Below, in pieces: positions 10,068-18,747 of a stretch of 64,000 nucleotides of DNA. The notes under the pieces were generated by a model, which was not told the DNA's origin, ran no database searches, and saw nothing but the letters and a program-made list of their open reading frames with translations. The first letter of the stretch is position 1, and each line of letters begins with the position of its first letter. The stretch comes from an uncultured Gammaproteobacteria bacterium (GTDB taxonomy: Bacteria; Patescibacteriota; Microgenomatia; UBA10105; UBA927). Location: contig CAZVTT010000001.1 of the NCBI GenBank assembly GCA_964629685.1, forward strand, positions 244,603-308,602, in the 5' to 3' direction. The position numbers were made by a program, and so were the translations under genes.

Positions 10068-10169
10068 CCCTTCGTCGCTACGCTCCTCAGGGTAAACTTC
10101 ATTGCAGGGGTTCGCCCTGATGATAGTGCGGTAAGTAGTAACCCTGAGGAACGGAGTGACGACGAAGGG
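10068..10169. repeat. inverted pair of REP-like repeats (copies 2 and 3) filling the spacer between two tRNA-Ser genes
   Basis: CCCTTCGTCGCTACGCTCCTCAGGGTAAAC (10068-10097) and ACCCTGAGGAACGGAGTGACGACGAAGGG (10141-10169). Confidence 0.85.
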
Positions 10170-10254
10170 AGAGGTCGCATAGTGGACTAGTGCGCTTGTC
10201 TTGAAAACAAGTGTGGGCGCAAGCCTACCGCGAGTTCGAATCTCGCCCTCTCCG
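10168..10254 (+). tRNA. tRNA-Ser(TGA)
   Basis: Acceptor GGAGAGG/CCTCTCC, anticodon arm CTTGT-CTTGAAA-ACAAG, long variable arm. Confidence 0.96.
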
Positions 10255-10407
10255 CCTTCGCTCGCCGGAGCGAGCTACGGCGGACGAAGTCCGCAAATAG
10301 ATCGCGAAGGAGAGATTCGGTCGCCAGAGCTTTAGCGACGGCGAGCTTCGCATATGACCGATGGTCTCGATGAAATTAAAGGGCGACCTTCGGCGGACGC
10401 AGTCCGC
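10252..10407. repeat. second family of GC-rich palindromic repeats upstream of and within the 5' end of the GIY-YIG gene
   Basis: CCGCCTTCGCTCG..CGAGCTACGGCGG hairpin; CGGCGGACGAAGTCCGC (10278-10294) repeated as CGGCGGACGCAGTCCGC (10391-10407); TCGCC...GGCGA hairpin 10321-10344. Confidence 0.75.
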
Positions 10408-10653
10408 TTTTATTATGTCTACATTTTAAAATGTGGTGATGGTTTGACTTACACTGGATGCACGGATAACTTGAAAGAAAGAATTGATCGCCATCAAAAA
10501 GGACAAGTCCCGGCAACGAAAAATCGTTTACCCGTGTCACTTACTTCCTATTTTGCATTTTCCGATAAATATACCGCTTTCAATTTCGAACACTATCTTA
10601 AATCCGGCTCGGGGAGAGCATTCCTAAAGAAGCACCAAATAATTGACCGTTAA
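10354..10653 (+). CDS. stand-alone GIY-YIG endonuclease (UPF0213-like)
   Basis: YYVYILKC..G.TYTGCTDNLKERIDRH..G...TK.R.P...A..FE.YLKSGSGR. Confidence 0.9.
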   Translation: MTDGLDEIKGRPSADAVRFYYVYILKCGDGLTYTGCTDNLKERIDRHQKGQVPATKNRLPVSLTSYFAFSDKYTAFNFEHYLKSGSGRAFLKKHQIIDR

Positions 10654-10707
10654 GGTCTTTAGTTGTCATGTGGGTTATAATTTAGTACAGAACAAGAATT
10701 ATTACAT

Positions 10708-11076
10708 ATGATTCAAATAACTTGGTATGAGTTAGCGTCTTATTTAACTAACATCGTTTTAGCATTTTTAAGTATTTATCAATTTTTAGCCTCAAAAAAA
10801 GAAGAGGAAAATACAAAGTCAAAAATTAGAATGTTACAGAACCAAGCAGAGGGGATAAAAAATGCTTTACTTCAAATAGGTCAAAATTCAAACGCCTTCA
10901 GCAGCAAGGATGATATTGCTGCCGCGGTTACAGCTGTTTCACAATCAGCTGTAACATTAGATCAAGCAATGGTTGAAGAAAGATTCTATTCTGAAACAGA
11001 AATAAAACAAAAGAGAATGGAAATGGAAAAACAACAGAAGAAATTGTTTTCGATGCTTAAAACTAGTCAATCGTAA
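10708..11076 (+). CDS. hypothetical protein, N-terminal TM helix plus coiled coil
   Basis: Hydrophobic segment at aa ~5-28 followed by a heptad-rich region; AT-rich DNA. Confidence 0.7.
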   Translation: MIQITWYELASYLTNIVLAFLSIYQFLASKKEEENTKSKIRMLQNQAEGIKNALLQIGQNSNAFSSKDDIAAAVTAVSQSAVTLDQAMVEERFYSETEIKQKRMEMEKQQKKLFSMLKTSQS

Positions 11077-11084
11077 GGAGGAGA

Positions 11085-12038
11085 ATGACATTTATTGCAA
11101 GTGTAATTGCAAAAAAAGGTGTTGCGATTATTGCTGATTCATTGGTGACGATGTCTAGGCCTGTAATGGAGGCAGATGACTTTAGGCATTATGTTCAAAG
11201 TAAAACAAGTCCAGACGGAAAAGTAACTCAGTTGAACCCAGATGACTTGTTGAAACTCTTTCATAAGAAGCCATCACACACAAAGGACTATGAGGAAAAA
11301 TTGTTTCAGTATGATAAATATACAGCAATAACGGTTGCGGGAAGGGCGGTTATTAACAATCGACGAATTGGCGAGGTTATTCATGAAATTTCTGACAAAC
11401 TTCGTAAAGCCAGGATGTTGAATAAGCCGATTGCTAATAAAATAATTGACTTTTGTTCGGAGCTTGAAGTAATTGCAAAATCGCATTTAGCTAAGTATAA
11501 ATTTATTGGACTAACAACATTTATTGTTACTCATTACGATAAACGGGCTGAAAAGACAAGTATTTTTAGAGTTAATATTAATAATGCGAGTGAGGCGAAC
11601 TTACAAAATCCTAGCTTTAAGTTAGTTGAGTTTTCAGAGAGTTTTGCTATTGAAAATGTAGTTTGCGATGGCCAAAATGGAATCAGTGAAAGAATTCTTT
11701 TGGGAGGAATAGATGTTATTTTAGCTACTGCCGAGAAACTTATTGACCGTATTGATACTGACTACGGGTTAAAACTAAAGCCTACTTATAAAAAACAACT
11801 TACAGATGAGATATTCCAGCAGTTTCAAAGTGAATTAAAAATTGCAAAACTAAAAGGTCTGAGTTTACAGCAAGCTGTTGATTTAGCATATTTATTGATG
11901 AAGATTGAGATAGATTTTCAAAAATATACTGAGGATATGCCGACTGTAGGGGGAGTAATCAAAATAGCAGTTATTGACTCCGAAGGAGTGAGATTTATTG
12001 CTGGAAAAGAAATTATTGATCCCCGTGAGCACTTATAG
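11085..12038 (+). CDS. proteasome-beta/HslV-like Ntn-hydrolase family protein
   Basis: M-T1...GVAIIAD17S, KLF, ITVAG, and C-terminal LSLQQAVDLA...TVGGVIKIAVIDSEG; SD AAGGAGG upstream. Confidence 0.75.
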   Translation: MTFIASVIAKKGVAIIADSLVTMSRPVMEADDFRHYVQSKTSPDGKVTQLNPDDLLKLFHKKPSHTKDYEEKLFQYDKYTAITVAGRAVINNRRIGEVIHEISDKLRKARMLNKPIANKIIDFCSELEVIAKSHLAKYKFIGLTTFIVTHYDKRAEKTSIFRVNINNASEANLQNPSFKLVEFSESFAIENVVCDGQNGISERILLGGIDVILATAEKLIDRIDTDYGLKLKPTYKKQLTDEIFQQFQSELKIAKLKGLSLQQAVDLAYLLMKIEIDFQKYTEDMPTVGGVIKIAVIDSEGVRFIAGKEIIDPREHL

Positions 12039-12039
12039 T

Positions 12040-12216
12040 ATGAAAAAAACACAAAAAATATCAAAAACAGACACAGAGGCAATTTCCGAAATTACACAAA
12101 GAAAAGCCGAGATTTTAAGTAAACAGAGAGATTCAATGTTGCAGGAGCTTAAAGACGCAATGAAAGACAAAAAAATAATAATTAAGGGAAATATATCAAA
12201 CTTACTTGGATATTAG
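12040..12216 (+). CDS. small basic helical hypothetical protein (58 aa)
   Basis: ATG 1 nt after the preceding stop, same AT-rich composition. Confidence 0.55.
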   Translation: MKKTQKISKTDTEAISEITQRKAEILSKQRDSMLQELKDAMKDKKIIIKGNISNLLGY

Positions 12217-12296
12217 CTCCCATTATTTACTCTATTATCTCACCATAAGTGCTCCAATTATATCCCAAGTGGTCAGCTAATTGATAGAATATGATT

Positions 12297-12686
12297 ATGA
12301 AAATTAACCAAATTGATGCTGAAAATTTCCCCCTAGTTGAAGTTGTTTCCAATGAAGTGCTTGTTAAAAATACTCAAGATGTTCTTGATCTTTTAGGGGA
12401 AGTTGGTTTCTCAAATATAATTCTGTACGATCATAATTTTGAATCAGACTTTTTTGATCTAAGTACGAACAAATTGGGAGAAATTCTCCAAAAGTTTACA
12501 AACTACCAAGTTAAACTAGCGATTATTGGTGATTTTGAAAAGTATCCAAGTAGAGTCTTAAAAAAATATATTCACGAAACGAATAGGGTAGGAGATTTTT
12601 TATTTGTTACGAATATGGAAGCCGTTAAAGATAAATGGATAAGTAGTAATAAACGTTCTAATTCTGTTCCAGGCTGCCCGCAATAA
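12297..12686 (+). CDS. DUF4180 domain protein
   Basis: DFFDLSTNKLGEILQKFTNYQVKLAIIGDF...YIHETNRVG. Confidence 0.85.
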   Translation: MKINQIDAENFPLVEVVSNEVLVKNTQDVLDLLGEVGFSNIILYDHNFESDFFDLSTNKLGEILQKFTNYQVKLAIIGDFEKYPSRVLKKYIHETNRVGDFLFVTNMEAVKDKWISSNKRSNSVPGCPQ

Positions 12687-13989
12687 ATAGATGCACCAGT
12701 GGGTATGCTGCTGCTACTACGAGTTTTAAATACATGCGTATTTTTTTTCGTTCTTCTTTTAGAATTAGTTTAGTTTTATTCAGTATAGTATTAAGTCTTC
12801 TGGTAGTCGAAAAAATATTAGAAGTACGTGGCTATACGTACAAACCACTATTAGTTGCTCAGAATATTCGACCGGAAACCGCTGGGTATTTTTACGACCC
12901 AGAACTGATTTATACGGCTAAGTATCAGATAAATAATCCTTTACCCTCTGAAGTTGGTTTAAAAAATCAAATTCAGCTTAGACCCGACAGTATCAGTAAC
13001 GCCTCTGCGTCCGGTAATACGTTTACCGTTGTTACGCTTGGGGATTCGTTTACCTATGGTCACAATCTCGCGGATAGTGATACGTACCCGTCTCAGCTAG
13101 AGACAGTCCTTACGGAAAATGGATATAACGTGAATGTATTCAACGCCGGTGTGTCCGGGTACGGTATAGATCAAGAATACGTGTTTTTAAAACGAATTTT
13201 GGCTTCATACAAACCGAATCTGGTGATATTGAATCTGAATGAGAACGATATCTCTGATTCAAACGAAAATTGTCTCTTCAAGAAGGAGTTATCGGGGGAT
13301 TTTGTAAGAGTAACCGGTATTACCAGTAATACGTATATACTGTACCAGGTGTTAGTACACGTTCCGGAAAGTATAAAAAAATCGCGTGTATTAAATCTTT
13401 TCCTAGCAGGATTAAGCCTGGAAGGTCCACACAACTTTGTTTGCTCCCAAAAATACACGTCCGAACTAGAAAGATTGATGCTCGATAAAATTGAAGGCTT
13501 AATTACCAAGATCGCTCATGAGCTTCCTTCCGGAACGAATCTGATGTTAACGTTCGTCCCTATGCAGGATTATTTTAGGTATACCACAAAAGATACGTAT
13601 CGGCTTTCTAACCGTAAAAAAATAATCAAGCAACTGAGTAATTTTTCAATTTTAGATGTGAACAAGAAAATTGCGGGCAACCTGTATCCTGAAATTTATG
13701 TTTTGCGTGAAGATACGGATGTTAGGATAGCCGGTGCGAATACCGTCAGTGGTTTTGTTGATATGCCGTATAGTTCGGTAGATATACCATATCCCGATAC
13801 TCAATTATTCTTAAATGCATTAACGGAGCCTGAATCTCCTTACGGATCCAGACACCCCAGTAGACTTGGTAATTTTCTCTTCGCTCGCAGCGTTGCAAAA
13901 GAAATTATTGAAAAGTATCTTGGTGAACAACACCTTGAATCATATAATAACTCGATAAAAGTTCCGTAATTCTGTCCCAGGCTGCCCGC
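12659..13989 (+). repeat. 23-bp direct repeats (12659-12681 and 13967-13989) bracketing the SGNH gene
   Basis: TAATTCTGT(T/C)CCAGGCTGCCCGC, one mismatch. Confidence 0.85.
12734..13969 (+). CDS. SGNH/GDSL hydrolase family protein, membrane-anchored
   Basis: LGDSFTYG, NAGVSGYG, NEND, C-terminal RHPSRLGN. Confidence 0.85.
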   Translation: MRIFFRSSFRISLVLFSIVLSLLVVEKILEVRGYTYKPLLVAQNIRPETAGYFYDPELIYTAKYQINNPLPSEVGLKNQIQLRPDSISNASASGNTFTVVTLGDSFTYGHNLADSDTYPSQLETVLTENGYNVNVFNAGVSGYGIDQEYVFLKRILASYKPNLVILNLNENDISDSNENCLFKKELSGDFVRVTGITSNTYILYQVLVHVPESIKKSRVLNLFLAGLSLEGPHNFVCSQKYTSELERLMLDKIEGLITKIAHELPSGTNLMLTFVPMQDYFRYTTKDTYRLSNRKKIIKQLSNFSILDVNKKIAGNLYPEIYVLREDTDVRIAGANTVSGFVDMPYSSVDIPYPDTQLFLNALTEPESPYGSRHPSRLGNFLFARSVAKEIIEKYLGEQHLESYNNSIKVP

Positions 13990-14029
13990 CAATGTAAGGG
14001 TTGGAATAGTGTGAATAATATCTGAGAAC

Positions 14030-15187
14030 CTAATTTTCTTTATTAAATGTATCCGGATTATTAATGGTAACGGTTTTTTGTATTTCAGGGTGACTTCTAA
14101 GGTACTGACTAATTACTTCAGATATAGTTTGAGCAACTAAGGCATGTCCAGATTCATTGTAGTGCTTATCTTTTGGGTTAAAGTATGAAGTATATTTATC
14201 TGGATCAGCTTTTAACATTGATTCACCGATATCTATAAAAATAAGATTGTCATTTGCCGCTAGTTGATTAAGCATTTTCTTGCGTTTATCATATTTTTCC
14301 AGATAGATTTCTTTTTCCCCTGGATCGTATTGTGTAGGAAGTAAAACAATAATAGGGAATGCGCCTCTTTTCCTTGTTACACCAACTAAATCGTTAAGTA
14401 TTGCGGCAATGACGTTCTCAGAATCCTGATTTGTGGCACCTGTTTCGGTATGCAAATGCAGATACTGCATGATGACACTTAATGCATGTCGACCTGTTAG
14501 GTATATATTGAGATACTCCAATGCATTCGGATTAAGCGCCAGTACTGTAAGCCACTTATTGGGTGGTGGAACAGGATTATTCGTATTAGCTAGTACATTA
14601 TTTTTTAACTTGAAAAATGGTTTACCATATCCTCTAAATGTACGTAAGGAAACTCGATCAAAATCATCTAAAATAAATGCCATGATGTGGAATGTATGTG
14701 ATATTGTCTCTGCGTCCCGTAGGTACCACAAATAATTTTGATCGATACCGTAACCTCCCTGCGCCATGTTATATGGCTGTAAGCTATTACTACTTAAAAG
14801 AGAACACCAATTTTTATAGTCATCCACACCGTATCCAAAAGTAAAAGAGTCACCCGAGCAAATAGTTGTGAATGCAGGATTGCTGGTATGCGTAGGAGTA
14901 ATTCGGAATCGATGTGAATTCGTAGTTAGATTTTTTCCCGGCCCATACAAATTTAACAATGATAGATTTTGTTTATTTATCCATCCTAGCAGTGGATCGT
15001 ACTCAGTATGTGTGTCTTTAATAACTCTTGAGGAGGTATTAACCACACGTTGATAAAAATGATAAAAAGAAAGAATTCCTTCAATACTTGCAAACAACAG
15101 ACATGTAAGAACAATTTGAAGAGCAAAAGTGACGAAATATTTCTTAATAGGGGAGATAATCTTATATAACTTCGGTAGCAAGGCCAT
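14030..15187 (-). CDS. SGNH/GDSL hydrolase family protein, membrane-anchored
   Basis: SGDSFTFGYG, NMAQGGYGIDQ, DKHYNESGH. Confidence 0.85.
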   Translation of the reverse strand: MALLPKLYKIISPIKKYFVTFALQIVLTCLLFASIEGILSFYHFYQRVVNTSSRVIKDTHTEYDPLLGWINKQNLSLLNLYGPGKNLTTNSHRFRITPTHTSNPAFTTICSGDSFTFGYGVDDYKNWCSLLSSNSLQPYNMAQGGYGIDQNYLWYLRDAETISHTFHIMAFILDDFDRVSLRTFRGYGKPFFKLKNNVLANTNNPVPPPNKWLTVLALNPNALEYLNIYLTGRHALSVIMQYLHLHTETGATNQDSENVIAAILNDLVGVTRKRGAFPIIVLLPTQYDPGEKEIYLEKYDKRKKMLNQLAANDNLIFIDIGESMLKADPDKYTSYFNPKDKHYNESGHALVAQTISEVISQYLRSHPEIQKTVTINNPDTFNKEN

Positions 15188-15358
15188 ATTATAGTTTTAT
15201 CCTGTCGGCATCATCTACAGTCCTATAGTTCTAATTGGGTAGTTGATAGAAATATGATTTCCATCATATCAGAATGGCGAATTCTTATAAAAGATTAAGC
15301 AGAAAGTTTACTTCGTATGCATCTTGAAACACGGTGATTCTTGCTAGAATATCCTCAC

Positions 15359-15526
15359 CACGGAAATCAACACAGCTGATTTTTCGGGAAAATTTGTTTT
15401 TATTCATTTGGGAAAGAAGCAATAGAAATATTCCGTCACTTTTACAACTGCAAGTTAACGTGTAATCCCATCAGGCAATCCGTTATGAAGAAGTTGTTTG
15501 AGATAATAGTAAGCTAAGTTTCCGTG
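15359..15526 (+). ncRNA. putative 6S-like long-hairpin RNA
   Basis: Extended -10 (TGCTAGAAT, 15342-15350) with no downstream + strand ORF; ends pair (CACGGAAAT/GTTTCCGTG); nested internal pairs AGCT/AGCT, TTCAT/ATGAA, TGGGA/TCCCA; 168 nt. Confidence 0.45.
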
Positions 15527-15527
15527 A

Positions 15528-15731
15528 TTATAGTTGGAAGAATTTCAGCAATTCATACACAACAAACACCGGCCATATAAAGGCTTTAAACAAGCCAACG
15601 ATTACTAGCCACACTGTCGGTGCGTGCTGCAAAAAATAAATTGCTGCGCCAACCAAGCCGAGTCCGTATACCGCATTCCCTCCACCGCATGTGCTGTTGT
15701 GACGACACTGACATTCATGTTCTTTTGCCAT
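15528..15731 (-). CDS. small membrane hypothetical protein
   Basis: SD AGGAGG upstream; GAVYGLG..GA.IYF...IWP.F.VY pattern. Confidence 0.7.
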   Translation of the reverse strand: MAKEHECQCRHNSTCGGGNAVYGLGLVGAAIYFLQHAPTVWLVIVGLFKAFIWPVFVVYELLKFFQL

Positions 15732-15835
15732 AGGTAACCTCCTTTTCCACAGTACTCCGTTTCGGTAACGGCAACAAGCGAACTACATTACGCTAGCATA
15801 ACAGCAGAAGCAAGGGCAGAGGATATAGTGCCGTC

Positions 15836-16195
15836 CTATTTTTTGTTCGCCGCTACATCTATTTCCTTACGCCGGAGAGTAAGTAATTTTTTCAGGATTG
15901 CCACCGGGATCGGATTATCTGAAGTAAATCTGATTGTTCCCTTAGACAATTCGAAATTACCCAATTTTTTTTGTAGGGCTACGATAACATTTGGGCTAAA
16001 AGGGTAAATGCTGAGATGGCGTTTAGTGGCCGTGAAGCCCAGTAAAGGCCGTTTTTTGTACTTAAACGTCGGTATACCGTAACTTAACGATTCTTCCGTA
16101 CCGGGTACGATTTTTTTTATATTTTCGCAAAGTCGTACCAACGCTTTTTGGTTCGGCCCGGTAACGTTCTGCAAATATTCGTTCATTACAGACAT
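15836..16195 (-). CDS. DUF1801/YdhG-like protein
   Basis: EESLSYGIPTFKY...HLSIYPFS...SKGTIRF. Confidence 0.85.
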   Translation of the reverse strand: MSVMNEYLQNVTGPNQKALVRLCENIKKIVPGTEESLSYGIPTFKYKKRPLLGFTATKRHLSIYPFSPNVIVALQKKLGNFELSKGTIRFTSDNPIPVAILKKLLTLRRKEIDVAANKK

Positions 16196-16245
16196 ACCCC
16201 TATTATGGCATAATAGGCGGGAATTCTGATAATGTTTTTACTAGT

Positions 16246-16650
16246 ATGGACAATACATTTATAGATAAATTGGCGTTTATCGAAATCAAGAACAGAACGT
16301 TGCTGGTTACCTTAAGTAAAGGTAAGGATACCTGGTATATCCCCGGAGGGAAGAGGGAACCCGGCGAAACCGATGCACAGGCGCTTATTCGCGAAGTTAA
16401 AGAAGAATTAACCGTCAACATTATCCCGGAAACGATTACTGCCTGTGGGGTTTTTACTGCGCAGGCGCATGGGAAGCCGGAGGGTACGATGGTGCGTATG
16501 ACATGTTATACCGCGCAATACACGGGAGAACTTGTACCAAGTTCGGAAATAGATAAAATGGATTATTTTAGGTATAAACAAAAAATATTGTGCTCTGCCG
16601 TGGACAATCTGATTTTTGATGATCTGAAACGCAAAGCGTTGGTTGATTAA
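16246..16650 (+). CDS. NUDIX hydrolase
   Basis: PGGKREPGETDAQALIREVKEEL Nudix box. Confidence 0.92.
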   Translation: MDNTFIDKLAFIEIKNRTLLVTLSKGKDTWYIPGGKREPGETDAQALIREVKEELTVNIIPETITACGVFTAQAHGKPEGTMVRMTCYTAQYTGELVPSSEIDKMDYFRYKQKILCSAVDNLIFDDLKRKALVD

Positions 16651-16660
16651 ATACTCCCCC

Positions 16661-17185
16661 ATGAAAATACGGTTTCGTTTAGCTGTAATAGAAGATTTGG
16701 AAGCATATACTGCTTTACTTCAACAGGTATACCAGGATGCATATACCAATAAGGATTTAGGGTTAACACCAGAGTGTTTTTCCCGGGAAGTTTTCATGAC
16801 TCCCAGTACGCAGGAATATCTTCTGTCAAATCTGCACCATAATGAAACTCAACAAACATGGCTTGCGATCGGCGATAATACACTTATGGGTGCCGTTACC
16901 ATTGTGGATCGGGGGAGTGAATGTGAATTAAGAGGTTTTTATGTCGCTGTTAATTTACAGGGTCAAGGTATAGGAAAGCAGCTGTTTATGAAGGCAAAAC
17001 AGTTTTGTGCCGGTAAACCTATCATTCTAGATATCTATGCGCACAATCTGAAAACCATCTCGTTGTATCAGAAATGGGGATTCGTGATAGATGAAACTAA
17101 ACCGGCGTTTTTCCGCCATTGGCCGGAATGGCCGGAAGGCTTGCAGGCGAAGTGTATATACATGAGATTGCCGGCCGCAGGGTAG
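16661..17185 (+). CDS. GNAT family N-acetyltransferase
   Basis: FYVAVNLQGQGIGKQL; N...ISLYQKWGF. Confidence 0.88.
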   Translation: MKIRFRLAVIEDLEAYTALLQQVYQDAYTNKDLGLTPECFSREVFMTPSTQEYLLSNLHHNETQQTWLAIGDNTLMGAVTIVDRGSECELRGFYVAVNLQGQGIGKQLFMKAKQFCAGKPIILDIYAHNLKTISLYQKWGFVIDETKPAFFRHWPEWPEGLQAKCIYMRLPAAG

Positions 17186-17203
17186 TCCCGATATGATGAA
17201 TAT

Positions 17204-17554
17204 ATGAAAATACAGATAAAAAGGATTTTCGACTTGTGCTCCTGGGGTATTCCGTTCGTACTGTATGTTTTAAGTTGGTACTTTCAGTATTACAATCGTT
17301 ATCCGGTTAGTAATGCGATCTGGAAGGAATATTGGCACCAATTCTATTACTTTTATCTCCTGGCAGGAGGTGTAAATCTGATACTCTATTTTGAATTAGG
17401 ACAAAAAAACTTAAAGGGATTTTTAGCATTTTTTAAAGCTCCGGTAGTGGGATTTCTGCTGACAATGTTCTCTTACGCCTTGGCAGCAATATCACGGGAT
17501 ATTTTAAACGTCATGTTTCTTATACTTTTCCGTAAGCCGTTGTTCATGTATTAA
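17204..17554 (+). CDS. hypothetical membrane protein
   Basis: Three hydrophobic segments; co-oriented with neighbours. Confidence 0.6.
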   Translation: MKIQIKRIFDLCSWGIPFVLYVLSWYFQYYNRYPVSNAIWKEYWHQFYYFYLLAGGVNLILYFELGQKNLKGFLAFFKAPVVGFLLTMFSYALAAISRDILNVMFLILFRKPLFMY

Positions 17555-17570
17555 TTTCCGTGCTATTTTT

Positions 17571-18107
17571 ATGATGACGATTATTGGTGGACCGATGTTT
17601 TCAGGCAAAACGACATGGCTGCTGGATCATATAAAAAAGTTACCCGGCGGAACTTTTCAGCTCTTTAAACCGGGAATGGATAAGCGGTATGCGGCAGATA
17701 AATGCGTTTCCCATACGGGGGTATCGTTCCCTGCAATGAATTTGGATACGGAAAATCCGCACATTCCCCGGTTGGTATCTGCAGTAAAGACGATACTCAT
17801 AGATGAGCTGAATTTTTTTCACCCTGAAAAACTTATTTCGGAATTGCAAAAACAAATGAATGCCGGAAAAGCGGTTATTGCCGCAGGCTTACTTTACGAT
17901 TTCAGACGGCAGCCTTTCGGTGCCACGTTGCCGTTGTCAAAAATAGCCAAGACATACATCCCGCTTTACGCTTCATGTGATTATTGTGGCGGTTTAGCCG
18001 AGTACAACTATCGGAAGGTAGCCGGAGATAGTCAGGTATTGTTGGGTGCGCAGGAAACCTATGGTGTTTGTTGTAATTCCTGTTGGGATCAGATACCTGC
18101 GTCATAG
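17571..18107 (+). CDS. tdk: thymidine kinase
   Basis: GPMFSGKTT, IDELNFF, AGLLYDFRRQPFG, C..C and Y...C..C zinc motifs. Confidence 0.93.
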   Translation: MMTIIGGPMFSGKTTWLLDHIKKLPGGTFQLFKPGMDKRYAADKCVSHTGVSFPAMNLDTENPHIPRLVSAVKTILIDELNFFHPEKLISELQKQMNAGKAVIAAGLLYDFRRQPFGATLPLSKIAKTYIPLYASCDYCGGLAEYNYRKVAGDSQVLLGAQETYGVCCNSCWDQIPAS

Positions 18108-18150
18108 ATGTTTTCTTGTAGATGCAATCTCAGCATGGTATAAATAGGTT

Positions 18151-18666
18151 ATGGAGACGCGGAAACACCACGAGGATGAAGATACTCAGGAAGTACTCCT
18201 GACGTGGAATGCTCCCGCCCGGTTGTTTAAGCGCAGGGATAAGGAATTTTATACCAACATCGGTGCCATAGTATTCTTGCTTATCATTATTCTGATTTTC
18301 GCCCACGAATTTTTTCTTATTGCGGCTGTGCTTTCAGTTGTATTCTTTGTTTATGTTGTCTCTACGGTGCCGCCGGAAGAAGTGCGTCACCGCATTATAA
18401 ATCTGGGATTGGATAATGCCGGTACCTTATACCGATGGGATGACCTGCTGGATTTCTGGGTAGAAGAGCAGTGGGGGCAGATTATGTTTATCGTCCGACA
18501 GAAATACGGTACCAGGTTAATTCTCTTAGTTCCGGAAAATCATAAGGCGAAGGCCAGAGAGTTACTGGCAAAGCATATTCCGTTTTTGGAAAAACCCGAT
18601 AAAACATGGGTTGATAACGCTGCTCATTGGCTCTCCAACAAAGTACCTCTGGAGAAATCTTCCTAG
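18151..18666 (+). CDS. conserved CPR membrane protein (DUF5673-like)
   Basis: LLTWNAPARLFKRRDKEFY, 2 TM helices, YRWDDLLDFW. Confidence 0.65.
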   Translation: METRKHHEDEDTQEVLLTWNAPARLFKRRDKEFYTNIGAIVFLLIIILIFAHEFFLIAAVLSVVFFVYVVSTVPPEEVRHRIINLGLDNAGTLYRWDDLLDFWVEEQWGQIMFIVRQKYGTRLILLVPENHKAKARELLAKHIPFLEKPDKTWVDNAAHWLSNKVPLEKSS

Positions 18667-18747
18667 CGCGTTTCGCCGATCCGTAGTACAATATTCCCAT
18701 AGTATTTGTACCTGGTTCAGCGGGATGGTGCATATATTTGTGGATAC

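Noticed and set aside
9851-10180. 109-aa minus-strand ORF (likewise 18488-18832, 18833-19087, 21584-21802)
   Set aside because: Antisense to tRNA genes; spurious.
12040-12216. C-terminal LLGY as a proteasome-activating HbYX motif
   Set aside because: Tyr is terminal and preceded by Gly, so it does not fit hydrophobic-Tyr-X; there is also no alpha subunit.
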